From assembly GCA_964607405.1 (NCBI GenBank), contig CAZSKF010000001.1, forward strand, positions 1,140-65,139: a DNA stretch of 64,000 nt. The letters are read 5' to 3'. A program made the translations under genes and the position numbers. The notes below the pieces were generated by a model that saw nothing but the letters and a program-made list of their open reading frames with translations, ran no database searches and had not been told where the DNA came from. Below are positions 42,329-52,567 of this stretch, one piece after another; position 1 is the first letter of the stretch; each line of letters opens with the position of its first letter. This stretch comes from an uncultured Proteiniphilum sp. (GTDB lineage: Bacteria; Bacteroidota; Bacteroidia; Bacteroidales; Dysgonomonadaceae).

Positions 42329-43384
42329 TTGATGAACACTTACGAATTAATTACACCAATAATAGACAACAAATTAGTAGAGAAATCATTTGAACTTATA
42401 AATCAAAGCGAACAAATTCTTATCACTACTCATCTTTCGCCCGATGGTGATGCAATGGGCTCAACGTTGGGGCTTTATCACTTTCTTCAAGGTATGGGCA
42501 AAAAGGTCAAGATAATTGTCCCGAATTCTTTTCCATATTTCTTAAGATGGATGAATGGAGCTAATGAAGTACTTATATATGAATATAACCCGGAGGCTGC
42601 TCAAACAATTTTTGATACATCTGATCTGATTTTTAGTCTCGATTATAATATTCCAAAGCGAATTGGCCCAATGGCATCCGCTCTGGAGAATGCAAAGGCA
42701 AAGAAAATACTTATCGATCATCATTTAGAGCCGGGAGATATATTTGATGTATGTATTTCATACCCAAAGATATCATCTACATGCGAGTTAGTTTTTAGAT
42801 TTCTATATCAAGCAAATATGCTCGATAGATTTGACAAAAACATCTCCGAATGCCTATATACCGGTATGATGACAGATACAGGAGGATTTACATTCAACTC
42901 GAACAATCCCGAGATCTATCAAATTATAAGTATCTTGCTAAGAAACGGGGTGGACAAAGATAGAATATACTCAAAGGTTTTTAATAACCTAAACGAAACC
43001 AGATTTAGGCTACTAGGTTATACTCTTTCAAAAAGAATGGAGATTTACCCTGAACTTCATTCGGCACTAATGTGGCTCTCCATAGAAGATCAAAAACAAT
43101 TTGAATTTAACAAAGGCGATACCGAGGGATTTGTGAATTATCCGCTTGGAATAAAAGATGTTATATTCTCTGTATTCATGAGAGAAGAGCCCGAGCTGAT
43201 AAAAATATCATTCAGATCGCAAGGAGATTTTCCTGCAAATGAGTTTGCGAAAGAGTATTTTAATGGAGGCGGACACCTAAATGCCTCAGGTGGAGAATTC
43301 TATGGTTCGCTAGAGGATGCAATAGCACTTTTTGAGAAGGGAATTGCTGAATATAAAGAAAAATTGAAACTCTCATTAAAATAA
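42329..43384 (+). CDS. nrnA: DHH-family oligoribonuclease/pAp phosphatase (NrnA)
   Basis: H.SPDGDA, IDHH, TDTG, GGGH.NASG. Confidence 0.88.
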   Translation: MMNTYELITPIIDNKLVEKSFELINQSEQILITTHLSPDGDAMGSTLGLYHFLQGMGKKVKIIVPNSFPYFLRWMNGANEVLIYEYNPEAAQTIFDTSDLIFSLDYNIPKRIGPMASALENAKAKKILIDHHLEPGDIFDVCISYPKISSTCELVFRFLYQANMLDRFDKNISECLYTGMMTDTGGFTFNSNNPEIYQIISILLRNGVDKDRIYSKVFNNLNETRFRLLGYTLSKRMEIYPELHSALMWLSIEDQKQFEFNKGDTEGFVNYPLGIKDVIFSVFMREEPELIKISFRSQGDFPANEFAKEYFNGGGHLNASGGEFYGSLEDAIALFEKGIAEYKEKLKLSLK

Positions 43385-43416
43385 TCATAAAATTTTGCCA
43401 ATCTGTTAGAAAATAG

Positions 43417-43469
43417 TATCTTTGCATCGGTAAAGAGGGAGAGGAGCACAAAAAAGATGCTCCTTTTTC
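43417..43469 (+). promoter_or_regulatory. Promoter (-7 TATCTTTG; -33 TTTG at 43394) plus rimP-leader-like hairpin
   Basis: TAnnTTTG at 43417, then GGAGCA-caaaaaga-TGCTCC-TTTTT ahead of rimP-nusA-infB. Confidence 0.55.
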
Positions 43470-43500
43470 GTTCTTTATACCTATTCTTTGTTTACATCCT

Positions 43501-43965
43501 ATGATAGAAAAGAAGATAATAATAGATCATGCAGAAGAATTTCTTAAAGAGACTTCTGATTATTTGGTAGATGTTACGATAACACCTGCCAATTTTATCT
43601 CCATAGAAATAGACAATGACGATGGAGTGGACTTGGAGAGATGTATAGAATTGAGCAGATTCATAGAATCAAAACTTGATCGTGAGATTGAGGATTTTGA
43701 ACTCACAGTGGGATCTGCAGGATTAACCTCTCCTCTAAAAACAAAACGACAATATAAAAAATACTTAGGCAAAGAAGTTGAAGTTCTGTCAAACAAAGGA
43801 ATTAAACTATCTGGTGATCTTAAAAGTTATAATGATGAGGGATTCATTGTTGAAACTACAAAAATGGAGAAGCCGGAAGGTGCAAAACGCAAGATAGAAG
43901 TAAAAAAAGAGATTTCATTTACCTATGATGAAGTAAAATATACAAAATATAAAATCAGATTTTAA
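43501..43965 (+). CDS. rimP: Ribosome maturation factor RimP
   Basis: C.ELSR.IE..LD, LTVGSAGL..PL; upstream of nusA. Confidence 0.93.
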   Translation: MIEKKIIIDHAEEFLKETSDYLVDVTITPANFISIEIDNDDGVDLERCIELSRFIESKLDREIEDFELTVGSAGLTSPLKTKRQYKKYLGKEVEVLSNKGIKLSGDLKSYNDEGFIVETTKMEKPEGAKRKIEVKKEISFTYDEVKYTKYKIRF

Positions 43966-43970
43966 TAAAG

Positions 43971-45359
43971 ATGGCCAAGAAAAAAGAATCAATCAGCCTA
44001 ATAGATACATTTTCCGAATTCAACGAACTGAAGAATATTGATAAAGCAACTATGATTAGTGTGCTCGAAGAGTCTTTCAGAAACGTAATAGCGAAGACGC
44101 TTGGAACTGACGAAAACTTTGACATCATTATAAACCCCGACAAGGGAGATCTTGAGATTTGGCGCAACAGAGTGGTTGTGGCAGATGATGAACTTGAGAA
44201 CCCAAACATGGAGATAAGTCTGACTGATGCACAGAAGATTGATGCTGACTTTGAAATAGGCGAAGATGTAACTGATGAACTTCATTTGGTTGATTTTGGC
44301 AGAAGAACGATATTGAACTTGCGCCAAACACTTGCCTCAAAGATTCTTGAGCTGGAAAAAGACAATCTGTATAATAAATATAAAGACAAAGTTGGCGAAA
44401 TAGTAACTGGTGAGGTTTATCAGATATGGAAAAAGGAGATGCTTCTTCTTGATGATGATCACAACGAGTTGATATTGCCAAAGAATGAACAAATTCCTAA
44501 CGATTTCTTCCGTAAGGGTGAACACGTAAGAGCAATTGTTGCCAGGGTTGAGAACGTAAACAACAATCCAAAGATTATTCTATCCAGAACATCACCTGTG
44601 TTCTTGGAAAGGTTGTTTGAAATGGAGATCCCTGAAATCAATGATGGCTTGATTACTATAAAAGGTATTGCCCGAATTCCTGGAGAAAGAGCTAAAGTGG
44701 CTGTTGAAGCTTATGACGACAGAATTGACCCGGTTGGTGCCTGTGTAGGTATGAAGGGTTTTAGAATTCACGGTATTGTTAGAGAATTGCGAAATGAAAA
44801 CATTGATGTTATCAATTACACAAACAATCTGAACTTATATATTCAGCGTGCTCTTAGCCCTGCAAAAATCAATTCAATAGCGATTAGAGAAGAAGATCAC
44901 CGCGCAGAGGTATTCTTATACCCTGAAGAGGTATCGCTTGCTATCGGTAAAGGGGGAGCAAATATTAAATTGGCATCAATGCTTACCGGATACAATATTG
45001 AAGTATTTAGAGAAATAGATAATTTCGACGAAGAAGATATTTATCTTGATGAATTCCGTGACGAAATTGACGGATGGATTATTGATCAGTTAAAGAAAAT
45101 TGGATGTTCTACCGCTAAAAACGTATTAGCTTTGTCGAGAGACAAAATAATAAAAGAAGCGGACCTAGAGGAAGTAACCGTTGACAATATTCTCAACATT
45201 CTTCGAGCTGAATTTGAAGATGAGGATGTAGTAGAAGAGAATTTTGAAGATGAGTCATACGATGATTATGAGTATGAGTATGACGAATCAGACGAAGATG
45301 AAGATGAATACGCAGAAGATGAAGAAGTTGATAACGAAGCATCCGACCGCAATGACTAG
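43971..45359 (+). CDS. nusA: Transcription termination factor NusA with long acidic tail
   Basis: S1/KH domains; ARIPGERAKVAV, DPVGACVG, AIGKGGANIKLAS. Confidence 0.97.
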   Translation: MAKKKESISLIDTFSEFNELKNIDKATMISVLEESFRNVIAKTLGTDENFDIIINPDKGDLEIWRNRVVVADDELENPNMEISLTDAQKIDADFEIGEDVTDELHLVDFGRRTILNLRQTLASKILELEKDNLYNKYKDKVGEIVTGEVYQIWKKEMLLLDDDHNELILPKNEQIPNDFFRKGEHVRAIVARVENVNNNPKIILSRTSPVFLERLFEMEIPEINDGLITIKGIARIPGERAKVAVEAYDDRIDPVGACVGMKGFRIHGIVRELRNENIDVINYTNNLNLYIQRALSPAKINSIAIREEDHRAEVFLYPEEVSLAIGKGGANIKLASMLTGYNIEVFREIDNFDEEDIYLDEFRDEIDGWIIDQLKKIGCSTAKNVLALSRDKIIKEADLEEVTVDNILNILRAEFEDEDVVEENFEDESYDDYEYEYDESDEDEDEYAEDEEVDNEASDRND

Positions 45360-45426
45360 GTAGAAACAAATTACAAATACTGTTCATAAAACAATAATAT
45401 TTAAAGAAAGGACATAAGTCTAGAAT

Positions 45427-48400
45427 ATGACTCAAAGATTAATTAAAGTAGCAAAAAGTTTGAATGTAGGAATCGGCAATCTTGTTGAATTTTTACAGAA
45501 GAAAGGTATTACTGTTGAAAACAGCCCCAACACAAAGATAAATGATGAACAGTATCAGTTATTACTTGCTGAATTTAGCAAAGACAAGAAAATAAAAAAA
45601 GAGGCTGTGGATTATCTGGAAAAGATGAGCAAGAAAGAAACGAAGGAAACTGTTGCTATAGAAGGATATGAAAATGATGATAAAGCAAAGAGTACTTCTG
45701 CTAAAGAGGTAACCAAGTCGGCTATATCAGAAGAGAACAGACCTAAGATTCAAGTCATTGGCAGTATTGATTTGGGCAAAAAAACAACTAATGAAGCCAA
45801 ACCTAAAAAGACAGTAGAAAAAGAGTCAGAGTCTAAGATTGAAACACCAAATAACGAAGTCTCGGCAAGCATAGAGAAAGATGCAGTTATTGAGTTAAAA
45901 GAAGAGCCTAAAAAGGAAAAAGAGGTCGCTCCGGTAGCAAAAGAAAGTAAGAAGCAGGAGAACATTGTAGTTGAGACTTCACCTAAAGATATAGTTGAAA
46001 CAAAAGAAGTCGTTTCAGCAAAAACAAGTGATATAAAAGAAAAAGAAGCTGCAAAAGAAGCTGATTCAATAACAAAAGAAAAAACAGAAGCTATAGAAAT
46101 CAAAAAAGCAACTCCGAAATCAGAGGTTAAAGAGGAAAATCAGCCTCAGCAAGTCGTTAAAAGCAAAGAGCCTAAAGATAAAAAGGAAGTTATCAAAAGC
46201 TCAAAACCGGAAGCAAAAGACTCCGAGAGTGAACGCGAACCTCAAGTAGCTGAATCAAATGAACCATTTAGACTAAACTCGAATGTTATCGAGAATAAAC
46301 TAGTTGTAAAAGGTTCGATTGACCTAGATGCTATTAATGAAAAAACTCGTCCTGCACGCAAGTCAAGATCTCAAAGAAGAAAAGAAAGACTTGAACGAGA
46401 ACAAACCCAAAAGAGAACTAAAGAGGATGCAGTTAAAACTCTTAAGAAAGAGTCAATAGACGAAAGGAAAAAAACTGCTACTACTGAATCAGACGACGAT
46501 AGCAAGAAAAGAAAAAGACGTCGTATTGATAAAAGCAAAGTAGAGGTAGATAAACCTACACCTGCTCGCGAAACAAGAGCACCTCGTGGTAAAAAGGTTC
46601 TTAGAAAACCTGTAAAAGCAGAGGTTAGCGAGGAGGAAGTACAAAAGCAAATTAAGGAAACACTGGCCAGACTGACTGAAAGAAAAGGAAGAAAAGGCGG
46701 TGGAGCAAGATATAGAAGAGAAAAGAGAGATGCTGTGTCTCAAAGACAGCAAGCTGAACTGAAACAACAGGAAAGAGAAAGCAAGGTATTGCAACTGACT
46801 GAGTTTGTTACAGCTAATGACCTTGCCAATATGATGGACGTGCATGTTACTAGCGTTATTGCAACATGTATGAACATTGGTGTTATGGTTGCTATTAATC
46901 AGAGACTAGATGCTGAGACTATAAATATAGTTGCTGAAGAGTTTGGTTTTAAAACCAAGTTTGTGAGTGCGGATGTTGTTGAAGCAATAGCAGAAGAGGC
47001 TGACGAACCGGAAGATTTACAACCACGTCCACCAATTGTTACTGTGATGGGACACGTGGACCACGGTAAGACATCTCTACTTGATAGTATTCGTAACACA
47101 AATGTTATTGGCGGCGAAGCAGGTGGTATCACCCAGCACATTGGAGCTTACAATGTGAAGCTAGCCGATGGCAGAAGAATCACCTTCCTTGATACTCCGG
47201 GTCACGAGGCATTTACGGCGATGCGTGCAAGGGGTGCTAAGGCCACTGACGTTGCAATTATTATTGTGGCTGCTGATGATAGCGTGATGCCTCAAACTAT
47301 TGAAGCTATTAATCACGCAAGTGCTGCTGGAGTCCCAATCGTATTTGCAATTAACAAGATTGACAAACCAAGTGCCAACCCTGAAAAGATTAAGGAGAAG
47401 CTTGCAGAAATGAACTACCTTGTAGAAGAATGGGGTGGTAAATACCAATCACAAGATATCTCTGCTAAAAAGGGCTTAGGTATTAATGAGCTTTTGGAGA
47501 AAGTGTTATTAGAAGCTGATTTGCTAGACTTGAAGGCCAACCCTGATAGAAAAGCTACAGGTACAGTTGTAGAATCTTCGCTAGATAGAGGAAGAGGATA
47601 CGTTGCTACTGTATTAGTTGAAAACGGAACTTTATCACAAGGCGATATATTAATAGCAGGTACGTACTACGGTCGTATCAAGGCTATGTTTAATGAGAGA
47701 AATCAAAGTATAGAGCAAGCCGGACCATCAGAACCAGCTCTTATCCTTGGTTTGAATGGAGCACCTCAAGCAGGAGATACATTTAACGTAATGGATAGCG
47801 ATCAAGAGGCAAGAGGAATTACTGCGAGACGTGAACAACTTCAAAGAGAACAATCTCTTAGAACTCAGAAGATGCTTACTCTTGATGATATTGGAAGGCG
47901 AATTGCTATCGGAAACTTCCAGCAACTTAATATTATTGTTAAGGGTGATGTGGACGGATCTGTTGAAGCTTTGGCAGACTCACTCATCAGACTATCAACC
48001 GAAGAAATACAAATCAATGTTATTCACCAAGCTGTAGGTCAGATTTCAGAGTCAGACGTAACATTAGCAGCAGCATCAGATGCTATTATTATTGGTTTCC
48101 AGGTGAGACCATCAATAGGAGCACGACGTGAAGCTGAAAAAGAAGGTGTAGATATCAGATTGTACTCAATCATTTATGATGCTATAGAAGAGGTTAAATC
48201 CGCGATGGAAGGTATGTTAACCCCAGATATTAAAGAAGAAATTGTTGGTAACGTTGAAGTACTGGAAGTATTCAGAATTAGCAAGGTTGGAACAATTGCA
48301 GGTAGCATGGTAAGAGATGGTAAGATAAAGAGAAATAGTAAAATTAGACTTATCCGTGATGGTATCGTTATTTTCACTGGCGTTCTTGATTCATTGAAAC

Positions 48401-48537
48401 GATTCAAAGAGGACGTACGCGAAGTAACAAATGGGTATGAGTGCGGATTGAGCATAAAGAACTTTAATGACATTAAAATAGGTGATGTTGTTGAAGCTTA
48501 TGAAGAAGTAGAAGTAAAGAAATCACTTGATTTCTAA
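45427..48537 (+). CDS. infB: Translation initiation factor IF-2
   Basis: [33 protein letters not shown]; K/E-rich N-terminal linker. Confidence 0.98.
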   Translation: MTQRLIKVAKSLNVGIGNLVEFLQKKGITVENSPNTKINDEQYQLLLAEFSKDKKIKKEAVDYLEKMSKKETKETVAIEGYENDDKAKSTSAKEVTKSAISEENRPKIQVIGSIDLGKKTTNEAKPKKTVEKESESKIETPNNEVSASIEKDAVIELKEEPKKEKEVAPVAKESKKQENIVVETSPKDIVETKEVVSAKTSDIKEKEAAKEADSITKEKTEAIEIKKATPKSEVKEENQPQQVVKSKEPKDKKEVIKSSKPEAKDSESEREPQVAESNEPFRLNSNVIENKLVVKGSIDLDAINEKTRPARKSRSQRRKERLEREQTQKRTKEDAVKTLKKESIDERKKTATTESDDDSKKRKRRRIDKSKVEVDKPTPARETRAPRGKKVLRKPVKAEVSEEEVQKQIKETLARLTERKGRKGGGARYRREKRDAVSQRQQAELKQQERESKVLQLTEFVTANDLANMMDVHVTSVIATCMNIGVMVAINQRLDAETINIVAEEFGFKTKFVSADVVEAIAEEADEPEDLQPRPPIVTVMGHVDHGKTSLLDSIRNTNVIGGEAGGITQHIGAYNVKLADGRRITFLDTPGHEAFTAMRARGAKATDVAIIIVAADDSVMPQTIEAINHASAAGVPIVFAINKIDKPSANPEKIKEKLAEMNYLVEEWGGKYQSQDISAKKGLGINELLEKVLLEADLLDLKANPDRKATGTVVESSLDRGRGYVATVLVENGTLSQGDILIAGTYYGRIKAMFNERNQSIEQAGPSEPALILGLNGAPQAGDTFNVMDSDQEARGITARREQLQREQSLRTQKMLTLDDIGRRIAIGNFQQLNIIVKGDVDGSVEALADSLIRLSTEEIQINVIHQAVGQISESDVTLAAASDAIIIGFQVRPSIGARREAEKEGVDIRLYSIIYDAIEEVKSAMEGMLTPDIKEEIVGNVEVLEVFRISKVGTIAGSMVRDGKIKRNSKIRLIRDGIVIFTGVLDSLKRFKEDVREVTNGYECGLSIKNFNDIKIGDVVEAYEEVEVKKSLDF

Positions 48538-48544
48538 AAAATAA

Positions 48545-48656
48545 ATTGAAAACCAGTTTACATTGTTCTTTTAATTCAAGTACCTAGCCGCATTTGCCCT
48601 CAAGCAAATGCGGCTACAACACACACTAAAAGAACTCTGTAAATAACGGTTTCAAT
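48545..48656. ncRNA. Candidate ~112-nt rod-shaped structured RNA with central bubble (6S-like), or elaborate terminator/stabiliser
   Basis: Four nested helices: ATTGAAAACC/GGTTTCAAT, TTTACA/TGTAAA, GTTCTTTTA/TAAAAGAAC, then an 11/10-nt bubble, then TAGCCGCATTTGC/GCAAATGCGGCTA. Confidence 0.45.
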
Positions 48657-48690
48657 CATATATATTCCCTTTAAAACTAGATTAAATATT

Positions 48691-49227
48691 ATGGACAAGG
48701 TTAAAATTTTAATTCTGAGTGTTTTCGTCTTTGCTATCAGCGCATTCTCTTTAGCACAAGAAAACAATACAATTCAAAATCAAGTTATAACTATCGCTTA
48801 TGTCAACTCGGCTGATCTTCTAGATGGATTAAAGGAGAAAGAAAAAGCAACAGAGCAACTAATTAATCTAAGCGAAAACTACAAAAAGGAATTAGAGATA
48901 ATGCAAAAGGAGTATAATAAAAAGTACTCTGATTACATTACATATCAAAACTCTTTGGCTGACAACATAAAATTGCGAAGAATGCAAGAGCTGACAGAGC
49001 TTGAGAACAAAATAGAGCAATTTATAAAACTTGGACAAGACGACATTGAGCAACAAGAGCAACTTTTACTTCAACCACTAAAAGATAGAATTAATAATGC
49101 TATCAGACAGGTCGGACTTGAGAACAACTATACAATTATATATGATTTGTCAGACTCAGGGATAGCCTTTATTACACCTGCTGCAATTGATGCAAATCTA
49201 CAAGTTAAGCAAAAGCTAGGTCAATAA
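48691..49227 (+). CDS. OmpH/Skp outer-membrane chaperone
   Basis: Signal peptide, IAYVN, coiled coil, I..AI..VG.E..YT.I.D; adjacent to murI as in Bacteroidetes. Confidence 0.88.
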   Translation: MDKVKILILSVFVFAISAFSLAQENNTIQNQVITIAYVNSADLLDGLKEKEKATEQLINLSENYKKELEIMQKEYNKKYSDYITYQNSLADNIKLRRMQELTELENKIEQFIKLGQDDIEQQEQLLLQPLKDRINNAIRQVGLENNYTIIYDLSDSGIAFITPAAIDANLQVKQKLGQ

Positions 49228-49246
49228 ACTGAACTTATTCTTTAAA

Positions 49247-50086
49247 ATGTCAGACACTCCTACTGCAAAAAAAAAAGCACCAATAGGCGTTTTTGATTCA
49301 GGATTCGGAGGACTTACCGTCCTATCTGAAATCAAAAAAGCATTACCAGAATATAGCTATATATATTTAGGAGACAATATGCGTGCGCCATATGGAGGCA
49401 GATCATTCGATGCAGTATATGACTTTACACTAAGCGCTGTAAAGTGGCTATTTGATCAAGGTTGCCATCTGGTAATACTAGCTTGCAATACAGCATCAGC
49501 AAAAGCACTCAGAACAATACAACAAAAAGATTTACCTTTAATTGATAAAGACAAGAGAGTATTGGGAGTTATCAGACCTACAGTGGAAAATGTCAACATA
49601 ACAAAAACAGGACATATAGGCATTCTTGGTACAAACGGTACAATTCAATCAAAGTCTTATGAAATTGAAATTGAGAAGTTCCATCCTGATTTTACTGTAA
49701 CTGGAGAAGCTTGTCCAATGTGGGTACCTCTAGTAGAAAACAGAGAATATGATAATCCCGGTGCTGATTATTTTGTTAAACAACATATTGACCGTTTATT
49801 AAAAAAGGATGACAAAATAGACACTATAATCCTTGGGTGCACACATTACCCACTTTTAATAGACAAAATCAATAAGTATATTCCTAATAATGTAAAAGTA
49901 ATATCTCAAGGATATTACGTAGCAAAAAGTCTCAAAGACTATCTAGAAAGGCATCCTGAGATAGATGCGAAATGCGAAAAGGAATCGAAAAACTATTTCT
50001 TTACTACAGATTCTACTGAAGAGTTTAATAAGTTTGCCACAATTGTATTTAATGAGCCTGTAAATGCTCAAAAAACTGTTCTTTAG
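49247..50086 (+). CDS. murI: Glutamate racemase
   Basis: FDSGFGGL, ACNTAS, LGCTHYP. Confidence 0.97.
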   Translation: MSDTPTAKKKAPIGVFDSGFGGLTVLSEIKKALPEYSYIYLGDNMRAPYGGRSFDAVYDFTLSAVKWLFDQGCHLVILACNTASAKALRTIQQKDLPLIDKDKRVLGVIRPTVENVNITKTGHIGILGTNGTIQSKSYEIEIEKFHPDFTVTGEACPMWVPLVENREYDNPGADYFVKQHIDRLLKKDDKIDTIILGCTHYPLLIDKINKYIPNNVKVISQGYYVAKSLKDYLERHPEIDAKCEKESKNYFFTTDSTEEFNKFATIVFNEPVNAQKTVL

Positions 50087-50088
50087 AT

Positions 50089-50685
50089 ATGAACAACTGG
50101 TTCGATATAGCAATATTGATAATTTTGGTTATCGTATTCCTAAAAGGATTTAGAAAAGGAATGATAAAAATGCTAATAGAGTTAGCTATCATTCTACTGG
50201 CTACAATCTTTGGGGGAAAACTATCTATTATAGTTTTACCACATCTTCAAGAACTGACCAATATATCTGACAACTATGCCATCATAACATCCTATATCAT
50301 ATCGTTTATTGCAATAGCTATTGTAATGTCAATGATAGGAAAAATATTTGAAAAGGTAATCGAAATAGTAAGCCTAAGCCTAATAAACAGAATTATAGGG
50401 GGTGTTATATCAATGGGAATAAGTATGGTCATTCTAAGTATTATCTTAAACGGAATACTGATAATTGGGAAAAATAATACATTTATAGGACCAGAAATCA
50501 AAGAAAATTCCTTTTTTTATGATAGAGTACAATCAGTATTACCAAGTATTACACCATATATTGACTATTCGGACATACAAAAAATAATTCCTGAAAATAT
50601 AATAGAGCAAATAGAAACATTCAATAGTATAGGCGTTATTGATTCTTCTTATCAAAAACGATATTTTAAAGTAGATTCAATATAA
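50089..50685 (+). CDS. cvpA: CvpA (colicin V production) family membrane protein
   Basis: N.FDI...GFRKG, INRIIGG; 4 TM. Confidence 0.85.
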   Translation: MNNWFDIAILIILVIVFLKGFRKGMIKMLIELAIILLATIFGGKLSIIVLPHLQELTNISDNYAIITSYIISFIAIAIVMSMIGKIFEKVIEIVSLSLINRIIGGVISMGISMVILSIILNGILIIGKNNTFIGPEIKENSFFYDRVQSVLPSITPYIDYSDIQKIIPENIIEQIETFNSIGVIDSSYQKRYFKVDSI

Positions 50686-50745
50686 TTATCAATCAAAATA
50701 GTTAAGTTTTATTTGAATAGATTTTGTAGATTCCGATTAAATCAC

Positions 50746-50753
50746 TACTTTTG
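50746..50753 (+). promoter_or_regulatory. -7 promoter element for the tRNA
   Basis: TACTTTTG, with TTTG upstream at ~50722. Confidence 0.6.
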
Positions 50754-50776
50754 CATTGCTTTTATAAAACAAGCAC

Positions 50777-50850
50777 GGTCCCATAGCTCAGTTGGTTAGA
50801 GCACCTGACTCATAATCAGGGAGTCACTGGTTCAAGCCCAGTTGGGACCA
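50777..50850 (+). tRNA. tRNA with CAU anticodon, most likely tRNA-Ile2 (lysidine); CCA not encoded
   Basis: Cloverleaf: GGTCCCA/TGGGACC acceptor, CCTGA-CTCATAA-TCAGG anticodon arm, ACTGG-TTCAAGC-CCAGT T arm. Has C4:G69 and C5:G68 (TilS determinants). No C1 mismatch and no GGG/CCC stem, so not the initiator. Confidence 0.93.
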
Positions 50851-50861
50851 CATTAATAATT

Positions 50862-50898
50862 AAGCACTTACAAGTTTAAACTTGTAAGTGCTTTTTTC
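50862..50898 (+). terminator. Perfect 32-bp palindrome plus T tract after the tRNA
   Basis: AAGCACTTACAAGTTT|AAACTTGTAAGTGCTT followed by TTTTT. Confidence 0.8.
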
Positions 50899-51080
50899 AT
50901 TATTACCCGATTGTAGCCTACTCTAAAACCACTATATCGAAAGACACCTAAAGCAATTTATTAGTAGAGTATAGTACAAAATATCAGTATTATCAGCTAT
51001 TTTTTATTATAATGCTATTTTTATAATATTATTCGTGTAAATTTGCAACTCAATTCAAATAGTAATAAATATCAAACAAC

Positions 51081-52466
51081 ATGTTGACAGTTGAAAAGAT
51101 TGGCGGAACATCCATGTCTCAGTTTCAAGATGTACTACAAAACATCATAAGAGGAAACAGAAAAGAAAGTGAACTATTTAACCGTATTTTTGTGGTCTCA
51201 GCTTATAATAATGTGACCAACTGGTTACTAGAACACAAAAAGACAGGTGAGCCAGGTATATACAATAAGTTTTTAAGAGGAGAAGACTATAGCAGCGCCT
51301 TAGACTCCTTTTGTCAAAGACTTCTATTGATAAACGATGGGTTTGCAGATATAGGCCTGGATCTTAAAGAAGCACGAGACTTCATCAGATTCAGAATAGA
51401 TCAGTCTAAAACACTATTATACAGCTTAGGAAAAGTATTGGCTTCAGGATACGTAAATATGGATGACATTCATCTTGCAGCCCGAGAAATACTAGCTTCA
51501 ATAGGTGAGGCGCACTCTGGATGGAACTCCGCGAATATACTGAACAACAATGGTATTAATGCTAGGTTTATAGATCTTTGCGGGTTTAACGACAACGAAG
51601 CGCTAACCATAGACGAACGGATTCATAAAGAGTTCTCTGGTGTTGATTTCAGCAATATTATATGCATAGCAACTGGCTACACTAAAGGTGTTGAAGGCAT
51701 TATGCGAGCATTCGACAGAGGATACTCAGAAGTTACATTCAGCAAGATAGCAGTAGAGGTTAAGGCCGCAGAAGCTGTGATTCACAAAGAGTATCACCTT
51801 TCTAGTGCAGACCCTAAAATTGTTGGAGTTGAAAACAGCGTTCCCGTAGGACACACAAACTATATTATAGCAGATCAACTTGCCGACATAGGCATGGAAG
51901 CTATTCATCCCAAAGCAGCTAAGCCACTTGAGCTTGCCGGAATAAATATCAGGATTAAAAATACATTTGAGCCCGAACATCCCGGTACATTAATTTCAAG
52001 AGATTATATTTCACCAGAGCCACGAGTTGAGATTGTTTCAGGATCAAGGCAAGTAATAGCAATCGAGATTCATGACCCTATGATGGTTGGAGAAGTAGGA
52101 TTTGATGGAAGAATAATGGATTACTTCGTTAAACACGGAGTCAGCTACATTCTAAAGTCAACAAACGCCAATAGTATTACTATGGTAGTTTGGGAAAACG
52201 ATAAGAGTAAACAGCTTATAAACGTACTAAAGGAGAACTTCTATCAGGTTGACACCAAGCCTTCAGCAATTGTCAGCACAATGGGTTCAAATATTGCTAT
52301 GCCGGGATTCTTATACAGATCTGCAAAAGCACTATATAAGAAAGGCATTAACGTAGAAAGTTTTGCTCAATCACTAATGCAAGTAAATATGCAGTTCGTA
52401 ATAGAAAGAGACAAATATGAAGAAGCTGTAATTGCTCTTAATGATGAACTGTGCATTGTAAAATAA
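51081..52466 (+). CDS. ask: Aspartate kinase, ectoine-cluster (Ask_Ect)-type
   Basis: TVEKIGGTSMS, RIFVVSAY, LLEHKKTGEPG, FDRGYSEVTFS, DQLADIGMEAIHP; C-terminal ACT domains; TAAATTTG promoter at 51038. Confidence 0.88.
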   Translation: MLTVEKIGGTSMSQFQDVLQNIIRGNRKESELFNRIFVVSAYNNVTNWLLEHKKTGEPGIYNKFLRGEDYSSALDSFCQRLLLINDGFADIGLDLKEARDFIRFRIDQSKTLLYSLGKVLASGYVNMDDIHLAAREILASIGEAHSGWNSANILNNNGINARFIDLCGFNDNEALTIDERIHKEFSGVDFSNIICIATGYTKGVEGIMRAFDRGYSEVTFSKIAVEVKAAEAVIHKEYHLSSADPKIVGVENSVPVGHTNYIIADQLADIGMEAIHPKAAKPLELAGINIRIKNTFEPEHPGTLISRDYISPEPRVEIVSGSRQVIAIEIHDPMMVGEVGFDGRIMDYFVKHGVSYILKSTNANSITMVVWENDKSKQLINVLKENFYQVDTKPSAIVSTMGSNIAMPGFLYRSAKALYKKGINVESFAQSLMQVNMQFVIERDKYEEAVIALNDELCIVK

Positions 52467-52503
52467 TCAACTTAGGTTACTTTAAGATATTAATAATACA
52501 AAT

Positions 52504-52547
52504 AAGGCTGTCTCAATGAAGCTAAAACTTCATGTAGAGACAGCCTT
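52504..52547. terminator. Bidirectional terminator between convergent ask and tnaA
   Basis: AAGGCTGTCTC-ATGAAG...CTTCAT-GAGACAGCCTT. Confidence 0.8.
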
Positions 52548-52567
52548 TCTTTTATACTTAGCTCAAT

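Noticed and set aside
45650-46300. K/E-rich quasi-repetitive stretch in infB
   Set aside because: Ordinary low-complexity N-terminal linker of IF-2; no fixed period.
50777-50850. Calling the CAU tRNA initiator or elongator tRNA-Met
   Set aside because: It lacks initiator features, and the acceptor-stem C4:G69/C5:G68 pairs favour Ile2. Elongator Met is not fully excluded.
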